DNA from: Phoronis australis
Lineage: Eukaryota > Animalia > Phoronida
Assembly (NCBI GenBank): GCA_002633005.1
Contig: NMRA01000132.1
Span: 434,001-498,000, forward strand
Reading direction: 5' to 3'
Length of the DNA: 64,000 nucleotides
The notes under the pieces are model-generated. The model did not search any database. It saw only the letters and a program-made list of their open reading frames with translations, and was not told the origin of the DNA. Positions 14,496-26,932 of this stretch are shown in pieces (within the stretch, counting starts at the first letter, position 1; each line of letters starts with the position of its first letter). Both the position numbers and the translations under genes were made by a program.

Positions 14496-16134
14496 TTGGA
14501 AATCTGTTCCATCAAATTTGTTGCTCGTACGAAATGTGCGAGGCTGTGCACCACTGACACTGATTGACAAAAGAAAACTTTCTGCACTGGCCACAGTTTT
14601 ATTGGGTTTAAACCTACTTCTCCCTAATAACGTGAACATGTTCGTCGGGGTTTTATCAATGCAAGAAAACACGGTAGTTAAAGCTCATTTTTCCTTTTTT
14701 TAACGACAGAGGACTGTCTATAGTGAACTTACCGTCGGCGTGTAATGAATTTAAAAGAACGGAAACTCACACACGTGTAAACGTATATACATGTCAATCA
14801 ACCAAACCACAATAATTTAAGTGAACACTGGATGAAAGACATGTTTGACAATCACTTTCAATTCGAAATTTGAAAATGCTTGCACTTTACCGTACTATGC
14901 TAGCAAGTATACCAAAATAGCAGATAACAAACCTATTTTCTGTTGGTTTTTTTATTTCCTTGTCGGTTTTAAAGTCCTTATCTTGAAATGCCAATGTGTG
15001 TGTGTCCAGTATCCGAAAACACTTAATAAATAAAATCTTATTTTGGATACGCTTTCGTTATATTCTTTTCGCCTTTCGTGCCACAAGCGTTTTTTACCTG
15101 TATTTGACCCTTCTCTGTGAGCAGATAATTACCGGCTGTCATCGGTTATTTCCGTACCCACATTTCCGGCTCGTCAGTTCAGGAACTTGTCATAATCGCC
15201 GCCATTTTTTCCTTGTAACTGAATGTGCTATCGCTTGCTCGAAAAGTCTTCATTATTTTCTTTTATTAGTAATATCTCGTGATTCGTTTGTATATATAGT
15301 ATATTTATAGTTAGTAGTTAGTGGTCGTTAAATTTTTTTGTAATGTTACGCGAACTTTTGTTTATTATGTTAAAATAGCATTTGTGTTTAGTTCTTGTTA
15401 CATGTATGGAGGGCGGTCGAACCAAATTTTTTATTCGTTTTGAAAAAGTACTTTGCTATCATTGGACAGGTAATGCATCCTACTCAGTAAAATCGATCAA
15501 AATCGGGGCAAGCATTGCAAAGTTATTGCAATTTTATTTTTGTGGCGAAATTTAGGTCACTTTGTTTGGATCAGGTCGGCCTTCTAGGACGACAGCGGGA
15601 TAAGTTACGAGTTTACAACTTTGTGTAAATTGTTTTCGCCATTAATTTATAGTGACACTTAGTGAGACATATCTTTACTTACTATTCTGCACGATTCAAC
15701 AGTTTTCACCAAATTTCGGCCTCGCAGTTGTTACTTATAAAGTCATAAATGTGCTCACAATTCCCGTTGGACCGACAACATGGCGACTTTTGCTGAACTG
15801 AAAAGCATGTTCAACCGGCTACTTTGTAATTTGTGAAGATTTAAAGTTGATACATTTTGACAAACGTTGCTACAAAAAAGGAACTTTGTTCAATTTTCGT
15901 GTTTTTGTGCAAAAAATGTAAGATATTCGAATTGGTTTACTGTGAATTTCCCATTCAGGTGATCTTACACTAAGCTAAAAAACTAGTTGAAATAATTTTG
16001 AAATGGTTTTTGTTCGACTGTCAACTGCTGTTCAAATCTTGATTATATTTGATATTTTGACGATAGTCTTCATACTATTAGCTGGCAGGCTAGTAACCTA
16101 AGGGCTGCCGCGGCAGTGTGACACAAGACTAACC

Positions 16135-17114
16135 CAGTGGCGGATCTACGATATCACAAGGGGGCCCAACATGTAAGCATTTGCGCAAAGTGAACCACAA
16201 TTGTAGATGCGCATAGCACCGAATGGGGGCAGGTCCCAACCAGGAAATTTTTTGTTTTTACCTCTAAAAATCAAGCATTTTCCTTGATTCCTGAAGTATT
16301 ATCCATGAAAAAAAAAGGCAAAAAGAAAACGGAGAACGTGTCAAACAGGAAAAACTGCAAGTATCAAGGACTCGAACTCACGACCTTGCGAATAGTACGC
16401 ACGTGCGTTACCACTACACCACCACAATTTAACTACTAATCTCATACTAAGAGACCTACTTGTTTATGGTCCACAGCGTTTGCACGCGAAACCTACTTCT
16501 TTTTGTAATGCTTATTACACGTTTTATATTTTGTGCCATCGATTCGTAACAAATTTGTCGTATTTAAAATAGTCTTCAAATGCCACAAAAGACCAAATCT
16601 GTTTTTCGTGTTGGCAATAATGTAGGGATTGCTTTGGAAATCGTCTAAGATAAGGTTTGACAAAGAGAGTATTGCGAGTTTCTGAGTGATTTACTAAGGC
16701 TTAGATTAAAATTCACATCTTACCAGCAGCTTCTGTTTTTTCATCGTCACTCAGGTTCCATTTTCTTTAAAACATGAAGTAAAAATTCTTCATTGCACAG
16801 TGGAGCAGACGACGGAAACGGAGTCGTAGTGCGCAGCGCCACTGCCGGTCGCCTGGGATATCGCGGGAGAGCCTATACTTAGCCATAGTTCCTTTACGAA
16901 TGCGCCGTGTTCAGAATTTGACACTTGAAATTGGATTTGAGCCCCCCCCTCCCAACACAAAAACTGCACACATTTAAATCTTTTTTCATCCGTATAATTT
17001 TAATTACCGGGGTTAATTAATAAACTCAACATTACCCTACGCTCTTACTGTTTTATTTTTTGCGGCAGCCAAGGGGGGGCCGGACCCCCTGCCCCCCATC
17101 TAAATCCGCCTATG
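16135..17114 (+). mobile_element. ~980-bp non-autonomous TIR element with 5-bp TSD and internal tRNA-like module
   Basis: Ends CAGTGGCGGATCTA / TAAATCCGCCTATG; TSD TAACC. A second partial copy is at 20924-21398 and a reversed terminal fragment at 18848-18887. Confidence 0.78.
16355..16428 (-). other. Degenerate tRNA-derived (Pol III A/B-box) module; second copy at ~21163-21236
   Basis: Minus strand TGGTGTAGTGGTAA (A box) ... GAGTTCGAGTCC (B box) followed by a T5 run. The T-stem does not pair, so this is not a functional tRNA. Confidence 0.55.
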
Positions 17115-20100
17115 TAACCAGCCCGTAATTTTATGCAAGTGTCTGAAACTATCTTTGTATGCATACGGCATTTATGATTTGAACGTTTTACTTCGACAAA
17201 ACAGCTTGCAACTGCATCCCTTTACCGTTCGCCAGTGTCTGGTCTCAGTCAGTCCGCACCGGGTCCCGCCGATCGGTTGCACGCCCGAGTCCGGCAAATT
17301 AATTTCTGTCAAAATTTATTCGCCACATTTCGTCAGCAATTTCAATACTATTGTCCGTAATTTGATTTTATTAACGTTAATGCGCGCTGTCCACTATTTT
17401 ATTCCCGTTTGCAGAATGATAACAAACACTGCTCCAGTCGCACAGGCGGCGTATGGGTTCCTGAATGAATTGTACTTCCGGGTTCGCAATAAGTTCAAAA
17501 TGGCGGTGTGTTCTTCGGGTCCGAATCGTGAGTGGCGCGTTTTAAACTTTATCCGATTACGTATTGAGTATTAGTTATGGGGTAGGTACTTCTTGGGTCC
17601 TTATAACATCCTCTAACCATGTAATAAGGGTTAACAACGTGTGCTTCTTGGACTTTAAGTCATTCACTCCGCACTAATCTTTGCCGGGAGCTCTGAACTA
17701 TGTAGCTTAGCTGGGTGTCAGACATTTACTTCCAGACCCCCTTGTTAGCCTATGTATGATGTAGCTACCACGCTTGTTTAATGCTGATGAATAACATAAA
17801 GCCTCCTTTAACATGCGGACGGCGCAGCACTGAAATAAGTGGAGGCCCGTAGCCCCCCCGGCCCCCCCCCCCCCATCGTGCGCCGCCCACCTCTAATAGG
17901 TGCACGATCCTGTCGTCTACGCAAACACCACTCGAACGAAGTTTGCCTGGTACGGCCCGACGATTACGTGAAACGCTTTGAATCGGAAGCAAAGTCATAA
18001 TTATTGATAACTTAGTTAGTGAATACGGTAGCTGCAACAATTTTGTTGTTGTTGTTGTTCACATGTATCCTATCTTAAACATATAGGCGGGGGATGGACC
18101 TTTTCTGCTGAAGATCGAACCCCCTGAACCCCCTGGCTGCGGGCCTGTAGTATGCCAAGTTGCAAGCAGGTTTTATTCAATACCGCAGTCCGTTTTGTTT
18201 TTTATCAATGTTCGTCGTCTATGTTAAGTATCTGAATACTGCGATGATGACCTGGCCTACCAGTACAGGTTGGTCACGGTCACTCAAGCATTGGTAACTC
18301 AGGTAGGTTTGGTGATACGATCTCTGTGTTTGTAATAAGTTGTGAGTTAGTCTGATAACTCATACGGAGGTGTCACATTTTTCATTCGATAGGCGCGTAC
18401 AAGTTTTTGCTTTCGAAATCGTCCCCAGTGTTGTGGGTGATCACGGGTCATGCCGCATGGATTCAGTACGCAAGTCCGCCTCTTTCAACTCTCTCCGCGT
18501 GCGCAACGAAATAACTTTACAACGGGTCTTAGGCATCGTGAGCCGAAATGTACGGAGTTGGTCCACTAATAACATGCGCGCATCCATCCTTTAATATGGG
18601 TGAGCTCGAATTCCTGACAAAGTGGACCTTTTGCTGCGGGAGGACTTAAAAAAACGGTGTACCACCTTTGGAACTGTAAACTGTGCGTCTGCGCCTTTTT
18701 AGTGGTCTTTTGTCTCATTTTCTCGGACTTTTTGTTTCCCTGGGGCGGACCTTCTTACCCACTTCGTCAAATGGGGGGCTCGTCCGAGCCCCCCCCTCCT
18801 GGGTGCTGCGCGCATGAATAAAAGTGTTAGCGGACTTAGGGGGCAACATGTTGCCCCCCCCCTTATGGTATCCTAGATCCGCCACTGTTTATTGAAATGT
18901 GTTAAGAACAAGGATTAAAAATATTATAACTGACTATTTTGTTACTGTTATATGATTTCGTCATTTTTGTAAAGAACTCTGGTTTTACAAAACTATTTTC
19001 GGAATGCTGTTTTTTCGAAACGAGTTTTTATATTTTGTTAACAAGAGTAACGCAAAGCGTTGACATGCGCCCACGGTGAATCGCAAACGGTTTGTTTCTA
19101 GAGGTACTAATCAGTTTCCTTTTTTTGTATTCAAACTACCAGCCATTTTGCACCTCGTTCGAAATCAGAAAATCATCGACTATTCCCGTCTACTTCCGTG
19201 ACCCGAGTTCCATATGCATCAGTTCAGGAACCATTCCTGAATGACGGCCATGTGTTCCTTGAAACAGTATTGATTCCACCTGAGAGTAAAACAGTTGTTA
19301 TTTGTCTGTTATTCGCAAACTAAACGTAGTATTTTTAAATAAATATGAAAATATCATTGTAAATGGAGTTGGTAAATAACATGCACTTCTAAGCACTCAG
19401 CCTGCCCTGACTAATCGCGAAGGTACATCATAGCTTAAGTACCTGCTTTGGTACTAAATGAGAGGAAAATGTTTTTAGAACTGCAAGTGTAATTTTTCAT
19501 CGCCCATTCGGGTTTATAATTTATTTTAAAAATTGACCGTCAGTTGACGCTGCAACCGACAGCGTGATTTATAAGTTCATTTGGCAGCAAACCGACACCG
19601 GCCTTGTTAGCATTTTGAAATATAAACCTGCAAAATAAACGTCTCCGCACGTTGATTTTTCGACAAACAAACAAAATTTCGAGCACAAAACAGTTAGCAG
19701 CTCACCTGAATTGCAACGCGCGGTCTGTAGCTGTGGCCACCAAAGCGACGAAGCCTCCGAGAGTTGCAATGAACCACACTCCAGTGAAACAGCAGTTGTC
19801 AAATTGATATTAAACTTCGCATATTAACTTTAAACAAAGCATATTAACGTGAAAAAGTTTCCAATCATTATTTCCGTGATTAATTAAAAGGATACCAAAC
19901 CGGGCAAGCGTGACCTACGCTTTTAGTGAATTACACGGCAACCCACCATGGATCATGATCTCCAATCTGTGACGTAAGTAGTATGAGGTTTTCGTTGATT
20001 CCTGTCCTTACTTCCACAATGACGCCAACGCATTAGCAAGTGACACAGCGAAGATCGGTTGAAATCACCATGAAAACATGGTTTGGCATCAAAAACGCAA

Positions 20101-20732
20101 CTTGCGGAAATGTAGCGGAGTGTAATATACCGAACCATTTCAGGTGTTAGTCCATGATAACGAATTGTTCTATAGCCGGATGCATGACTCAATGATTTTT
20201 TTAAATGTCTTGGTCTCGCGAATTTTAGCTAGTCAAGGCTTACGAGGAAGCACGTGTTTGTCCTGCGTGGCCAGAGGCGTATTCTCCGTTGGGTCTCTAG
20301 TAGTGGTCTGTACCAACCCAGCTGGTGTAATAAAAATTCTTGCTTATACATACTACTGACAAGTAAGCCGAAATCGCCTGAAACAATAAATTGGAAATAT
20401 ATTTACTAAATTCCAAATGCATACGAATTTCAAGACTTTATGTCTCCACTTATTAAAGTCTGCTTGCCAAAACCACAGCCAGTAATGGGTGATTTTATAT
20501 TGCTAAAACGTTGAAAACATTTATGGCAAGGACTAACATGTTGACCCAACCCCGATGGCTAAACAATGTGGGGTCATATACTCTAATCCGTCAGAAAATG
20601 CACTTATGTTGGCATTTTTCGCAATACGCACTGCGTTTTATTAAAACATGTTGCTAATGTCAACCGATATTTAGGAAAAACGTTTTGGAAACAAAAACGG
20701 CCTCAATGGGGTGTCGTAGTAGTTGCATAATT

Positions 20733-20873
20733 GTAACACTAGGACCTCGCTAAAATGCAAGACTTCGCGAGATTACGTGAGATATTGCCGTGTATTTTAG
20801 ATAAGAACACGTGACATTGACTAGGTTTTAGCTAGGTCCTAGCGTAGGTCCTAGCGTCTACTGAACGCACGCC
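20733..20873 (+). mobile_element. Copy of the ~150-bp MITE (5'-truncated)
   Basis: Aligns almost base for base with 43439-43578. Confidence 0.85.
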
Positions 20874-20923
20874 AGAACTCCGTGTCAACCTTCGCTAAGG
20901 TCTGCCAATCTACTGTATAGATA

Positions 20924-21398
20924 CAGTGACGGATCTAGGATATCACAAGGGGGGCCCAACATTTTGTCCGGTTGTAAGCTTTTGCGTAAACCACGATTGT
21001 AGATGCGCATAGCACCGAATGGGGGGAGGTCGGGAAGGGGTTTGCCCAGGAAATTTTTCTCTCTTTTCCTATAAAAATCAAGCATTTTCCTTGATTTCTG
21101 AAGTATTATCCAAGAAAAAAAGGCAAAAAAAAAACACGGAGAACGTGTCAAACAGGAAAAACTGCAAGTACCTCAGACTCGAACTCACGACCTGTCGGAT
21201 AAAGCGCGCGTGCTTTACTACTACACCACCACGCTTTAACTCCCAATCTGGTACTAAGAGACCTACTTGTTTATGGTCCACAGCGTTTGCGCGCGAAACC
21301 TACTTCTTTTTGTAATGCTTATTACACGTTTTATATTTTGTGCAATCGGTTCTTAACAAATTTGTTGTATTTAAAATAGTCTTCAAATGCCCAAAAGA
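20924..21398 (+). mobile_element. Truncated second copy of the 16135-17114 element
   Basis: Long near-identical stretches with 16135-16590, starting CAGTGACGGATCTAGGATATCACAAGGGGG. Confidence 0.85.
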
Positions 21399-21909
21399 TG
21401 AAAAACTCTCATTCACCCCCGAAAAAGCCATTTGTTGGCCGCTAGAGGTGTTGCAGTTTTCTAATAGTCTCGACACTCATTGATAACCCCCAGACGATTA
21501 TCTGTACATCACCCAGGAACGCTGTTGTCCCAAAAACACTAAAAAGCCTCTAGTCTGGATCTAATTAAATGGCTACTATGGGGTGATGCATCAGTAGTAT
21601 CCTGAAAATCGACTTGTCTCGGCGTATGGTCGTCACATACCACTGTGTCAAGCTTCATTGAAATCAAAATATCTCTAGATATCATCCGGAAACGCTCTTG
21701 CCCTAAAGATGCTGAAAATCCATACCCCAAGCTGGGACGGGGGCGGGGTAGATTGAAAAGTGACGCCCTACGCGCTTATGCCAAACTTAATGAATATCCA
21801 ACCAGGGCTTTTTTCGTAATATCTAGCGGACAACTGGGTGAATGGCCACTATGGAGTAGTGCAATAGTCAAATCCGGCTGAAAGCAAATACTAAAAACGA
21901 CTTTCCCAA

Positions 21910-22180
21910 CCTGTTCTCTGAAACAAATTAGTGCTCTGTAATTCTCTAACAACCCTCAAAAGTTTGGAGAAAATTTCGAAAACTCCTTTCAAAGTCTGCT
22001 AAATGGGCAAGCGTGACCTACGCTATTAGCGAATTACACGGCAACCGTGGGAAAAGACCCCCACAAAGGACCGTAATATCCAATATGTGAGATAAATTGG
22101 TTCCGGCCTTTATCTTTCAAGATTGAAACCAGTGATGTATTACCAAGGGACACAACGCGGATTGGTTGAAATTCTCATAA
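21910..22180 (+). repeat. Interspersed repeat; related copies at ~19900-20070 (+) and ~53615-53790 (-)
   Basis: Shared GGGCAAGCGTGAC(CTACGC)...TTACACGG(C/T)AAC core. Confidence 0.65.
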
Positions 22181-22807
22181 AAAGAGTTTACTATCCTTTT
22201 AAAAACAACCAATTACTAATAGATCAGTAAAATGTCAGCAGTCAAATTCTACAGGCTTACTACTTTCAGAAAATAGAGGCCTTGCTGAGTTAAAATCTAC
22301 ATTTTTGTTGATATTTGGCTAAATACGTAGACTTCTCAATAAGGCAATATATTGCCTTAAAATTGACTTTCATACTGTGTTAAGGCTAGTTGCCGACCAA
22401 GTCACCCAATAATAATCGTCTGAGTGAAATCGTAATTCAAAAAACATGATGACTCGTCAAAATAATCAAAATTTCGTCTCAACGTTACATGGAGGTTATT
22501 GTAAACTAGTATACAACAGAAAGCAACTTATAAAAATGTGAAATTGTGTGTATTTACGTTAACATACTCTCTTCCTAAGTTTAGTTGAACAGGGCCATTG
22601 GTAGTCGCTCGTGGAACTATTTCCGTGACAACGATAGCACACTCACAGTTCGCTATTTCAGATCATTTTCTTACGCCACTTTCTGTTTTTAACCACCAGA
22701 CTTGACCCACAGTGTGTAGGTATGTCTTATGGGAAAGTCAATCAGCGACGTAATATGATTATGAAATGTGTAAAAAGCGCAAAAATACATCTATTGCCAC
22801 AGGTCGT

Positions 22808-23056
22808 GGGTCGAGGGGGTCGTGGGGTGTGGGGGTCGAGGGGGTAGAGAGGGTTTTAGAGCAATCCGATAGAGAGAGATATTTGTTTTTGTCACGTGAT
22901 GCATTGGCTGCTGAGTGTAATCGGCTTAATATTAAGGTCACGTGCAGGCATTCTCTAAGTTTAGGCTCGCCTCGTAAAAGAAAGCCACCAAGCTGAGCTA
23001 TTCGCCTCACTGCCTAGGGAGATAAAATCTCAGGGCTCTTTGCAGCAGACGTGAGT
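22808..23056 (+). promoter_or_regulatory. Candidate promoter and non-coding first exon of DPEP-like A
   Basis: G-run cluster 22808-22853; E-boxes GTCACGTGAT (22891) and GTCACGTGC (22937); ATTGG (reverse CCAAT) at 22903; consensus donor cagac|GTGAGT at 23051 pairing with the acceptor ending at 23323, 16 nt before the ATG. Confidence 0.45.
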
Positions 23057-23339
23057 TATGAGCTGCGTTAATTTGCATTCGACGCACATATCTTCTTGTC
23101 CGCGGTCGCGCTTAGGCTACTGACGATTTTCCACTGAAAGGGAAAATCTAATGCATTCTAGAAAGTTCTTAAACAAAAGCTTACACAGTTAAAATTTTTA
23201 ACTGTGTAAGCAACAAAACAACGAACAAAAGCATTTCAACGACGTGACGTGACGTGAGATGATTCGGCATCCGCAGACGTACAAGTCATAGAGCGTGCTC
23301 TCATCAAAATCTTTAATTTTCAGTTACGAATCGCTCGAC

Positions 23340-23527
23340 ATGGGTTCAGGTGGTAAGGCCAATAAGAGAGTCATCATTGGGGTTGTCGTTGGTCTCGCTG
23401 TTCTGGTTATTGTACTAGGCGTCGCTATCGGCGTTCCGCTGAGCCAACAGAAAAGAGACACAACGACCGGGGACACTAATTTGGAAACGGCAAAGCGCAT
23501 CCTCAGAGAGGTACCTTTGATAGACGG
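23340..23527 (+). CDS. DPEP1: DPEP-like A coding exon 1 (signal-anchor + stalk)
   Basis: Acceptor ttttcag ends 23323, ATG 23340, [34 protein letters not shown]...EVPLIDG, donor GG|gtaaga. Confidence 0.92.
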
Positions 23528-26500
23528 GTAAGATCTTTAGACTTTTTACATTTATCAAAACAAAACTTTCATTATGTTACCTGTTTCACGCACTTTGTTA
23601 TCACCAGCATTATGTCGTCATCCCTGTCCCGTCTGTCCGTCCGTCCAGCGTCCCGTTCCTGTTCGTCCCTCTATCAGTCAAACCACTCTAAAGATGATTA
23701 TGAAAATTGGCATGTGTGTTCCTACTGGGAAGACGACGGCAAGCAATAATTTTGGAGGACGGCTTCCACTACTGTAGCATGTCCTACTGGCATTTTGCGT
23801 ACATGTCTGTATCTTCTAAACCCTCTACAGGATCCTTTTTAAATTTGGCAATTTTTTGTATGAAGATGACATCGGATAACGACGTCTTTGGGAAGGATTC
23901 GACTACCGCTGTACCTCCTAGTAGCATTTATGTTTGTTTCTTCGACGGATTTAGCAGTTTTTACTTTATTTGCGAACAGATGTCACGCTGCAAGTCTAGC
24001 TAGATTTACAAGAGCGTTAGTCTAGGACTTTGATGATAGATAGGTAAATTGTCTGTAAATTTAGATTTACGGGCACGCCTGAGAACGTAGTTATCCCTTG
24101 GTGTGCAAGATGTCTAAATTTCGCAAATCAAGGCGTAAGCTGAGTCACTTGTGACACCCAAATGAACATACAGTACCGGGTGCTGACGATTACAGAAAAA
24201 GTCTCAAACTGATCGTACTGCGTGCGAAATAGATATATAGATTCCGCACTCATGCGACTGGCTTTCCGGGTTTCATTCGTCACTTGAAGTTGAATCTTGA
24301 CCCAATGATTTCAGCCACAACGACTTGGCGTGGCAATATCGTAAGAATGAAAAGAACCACATGTACGGTGTCAACCTGAGACAGAGTCTCATAGGCATCT
24401 GGAATATCACCCACACAGACATTCCACGCCTGAGAGAGGGGCAAGTGGGTGGACAGGTGAGAACAAAAGCAGTGATCCCGCTCAGCCGGGTAATCTTGAA
24501 AATTTGAACAGGTACTGTGTCGAAAAAGGTGCAAGCCAAAATGTAAGAAGGTCTTCCTTTAACGACAATTTAATCGCGTTTACTTTCCTAGCTATTAGGT
24601 CCCACCGCCCTTTGTGGGTTCACCTTGCTTGTTTTTATCAAAATTTTGCTTTCGTTTAGAAATTGTGGGTTGTCTTCAATGCATTGTGGACACCGGGGTT
24701 GAATTCTGTAGAGGCAAGAATCTCGCGACTAAAGCTAGTCCGAATACGTGCGTTGCTTGTAATGCAGATGGATATATCGCGAAGACGTGTGATCATGTAT
24801 TTTTGCGAGTTTAATGCGCCTACAGAACGGGCATACATTCTCTAGCAGAATGGAACCAACCAATGAAACCAGATGATGTAAACCAATATCTCCATCCAAC
24901 AGACGAAGAGGAAAATGCATGTTCCATCACAAAATCGTCAATAGTCATCCAGTTTGGTTGACAAGAAAACAACTCGCAGATCTCTACCGAGAATTTGAAA
25001 ACGTGCATACGTCCTGACACCTATTGATTTCTGGTCTGATCAACACATTGAGTTCAATAACTGTCTCGCGGCGAGAAAAAAATCTAGCCAAAACCACGTG
25101 GTCTCATTGAAAATACACGGCGATATCTAGCGGAATCTAGCGATATCTTGCTTTTCTAACGACACAATAACATTTTGAATTCGACCCTGGCTGTCTTTTT
25201 TAATTTTTGGGATACATCGGTGCAGAAAGGGTGATTTTTATTCTACTTTGCCTAAACCAGAATCAATCTGGTTCTACGTAACTTTAATTTCTGTTTGTGT
25301 TCAAGAAGTACACTTGTTTGTATATATGGTCAGGCACGGCTCAACTCTGGGAGCCGACCAGAACGGTGAGGGTTGATTGATCGATGCCCTAGTGTTGTAT
25401 ACACAACTGCGTTCATAATGACGTCATTACACTCATTCCTCGCGCTACGAGGGGAGGGAAAGCACTGCGAAAGGGTCCCTCTCCTGGTGGCCTCATCTGA
25501 GTATGTCTCAACTTCCGTGTCACTGATTTTCGTTAGTGAAGTTTTGTATTCAGAGAAGCTGTGTTGCTATTAAGAAGGGCGGCACGCGCCAACTTTCTGA
25601 TGGGCCCAATAACCTATGTACCCAGTGTTTTGTCTACTTGTATATTTACCAAGTTCGTTGGCGAGTTTACGTGGAATTGTGGACATAAGAAGTTTCGGTT
25701 AAGGAAAAGCCGATATTTGCTCATTTTAGAACGGATCACAGCTGCGCTGCTGTTGTTTGACATTCGTGAGAATGGACTATTCATAAGGAAATAAAAAAGG
25801 CTACAACGCTTTTGTTGTGTTGTACCCCTGTCTTTACCTAATAACAGTTCCATCCAACAAAAACCCGTGAAATTAATTTTAGACCGTTTTGATTCCACAA
25901 GTCCAATAGTACTACTTTATTAAACCACTTAGGTGACTTATATTTATTTCTTAGTAAATTGTATGCACGCCTATAGTCTTAATCCTGGTAATATGCAGCA
26001 CTTTTACATCCGTGCGCAAATGCAAATTTATGACATCGCGTTCGTATGGGGGAAATGAAAAGTAACAGTTGCGGTCAGTATTCTGTGCATTTCGCAACTA
26101 AGTTGACACGAGTAAAGTTCGCTAGTGAAGACAAAAGATTATTATAGAACAATAGCTTTGAACTTAGCTAACACTGAGGCTCAGGAATCGATCTCCACAT
26201 GAAAGCTTTTGGTTGTTTGACAATTGCCAAATGACAGATCCCGTTCAAAAGTTCTATGGGCCTACTCATTTTGCCAAGTATTCCTCGAGTGTATTACAAA
26301 CCAATAAGGTAATCCTTTTCTCGTTTTGGAGTCAAGTCGTAATGGATGCGTTCAGGATTTGGTAATCGCGCCGTTGGTAACCTAGCGGAGTTACGAAAGC
26401 ACGTGTTTTCGTGTTTGCAATGCATACATAAAATTAGCGCAGTCAAGCTGATTACATGATAGGTCATTCCGCGTAAAGTTTTATTAAGGCCATCGCCTGA

Positions 26501-26846
26501 ATGATAAATTTGTGATTTCTTAATGCGGCGACCTTGTAGGTACTGGTGAAAGTCGCATATCAATAATGGCGTCCGAAATCTTGTTCGCGATTTTTGTTTC
26601 TTTCAACATGATTATTTTTGTTGTGTGATTACTGACACTGATTCTTATATTATAGTGAAGTAAAAACAAGATGGCTTGGTCTGGTCGAGTTCATTCAGGG
26701 TTCAAAATAAACAACGACCTTTTGCAAAACGTGAACCGAAAAGCTGAATTGTTCTTATGAAATTATAAGTATACCTGTTGCACCACTTAGGGATAGTGCA
26801 TATCAAAAAATCCGTGAACGATTCATCCACCAGCAGGAACAACAAT

Positions 26847-26877
<31 letters not shown>

Positions 26878-26878
26878 T

Positions 26879-26932
<54 letters not shown>

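Larger units (their letters stand above)
13394..18147. mobile_element. Non-autonomous TIR element expanded to 4.75 kb by nested insertions
   Basis: Left end CAGGACCGTAGCCAGCG; right end reverse-complements to CAGGCCCGCAGCCAGGG (14/17). Identical 5-bp flanks TAGTA at 13389-13393 and 18148-18152. Confidence 0.6.
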
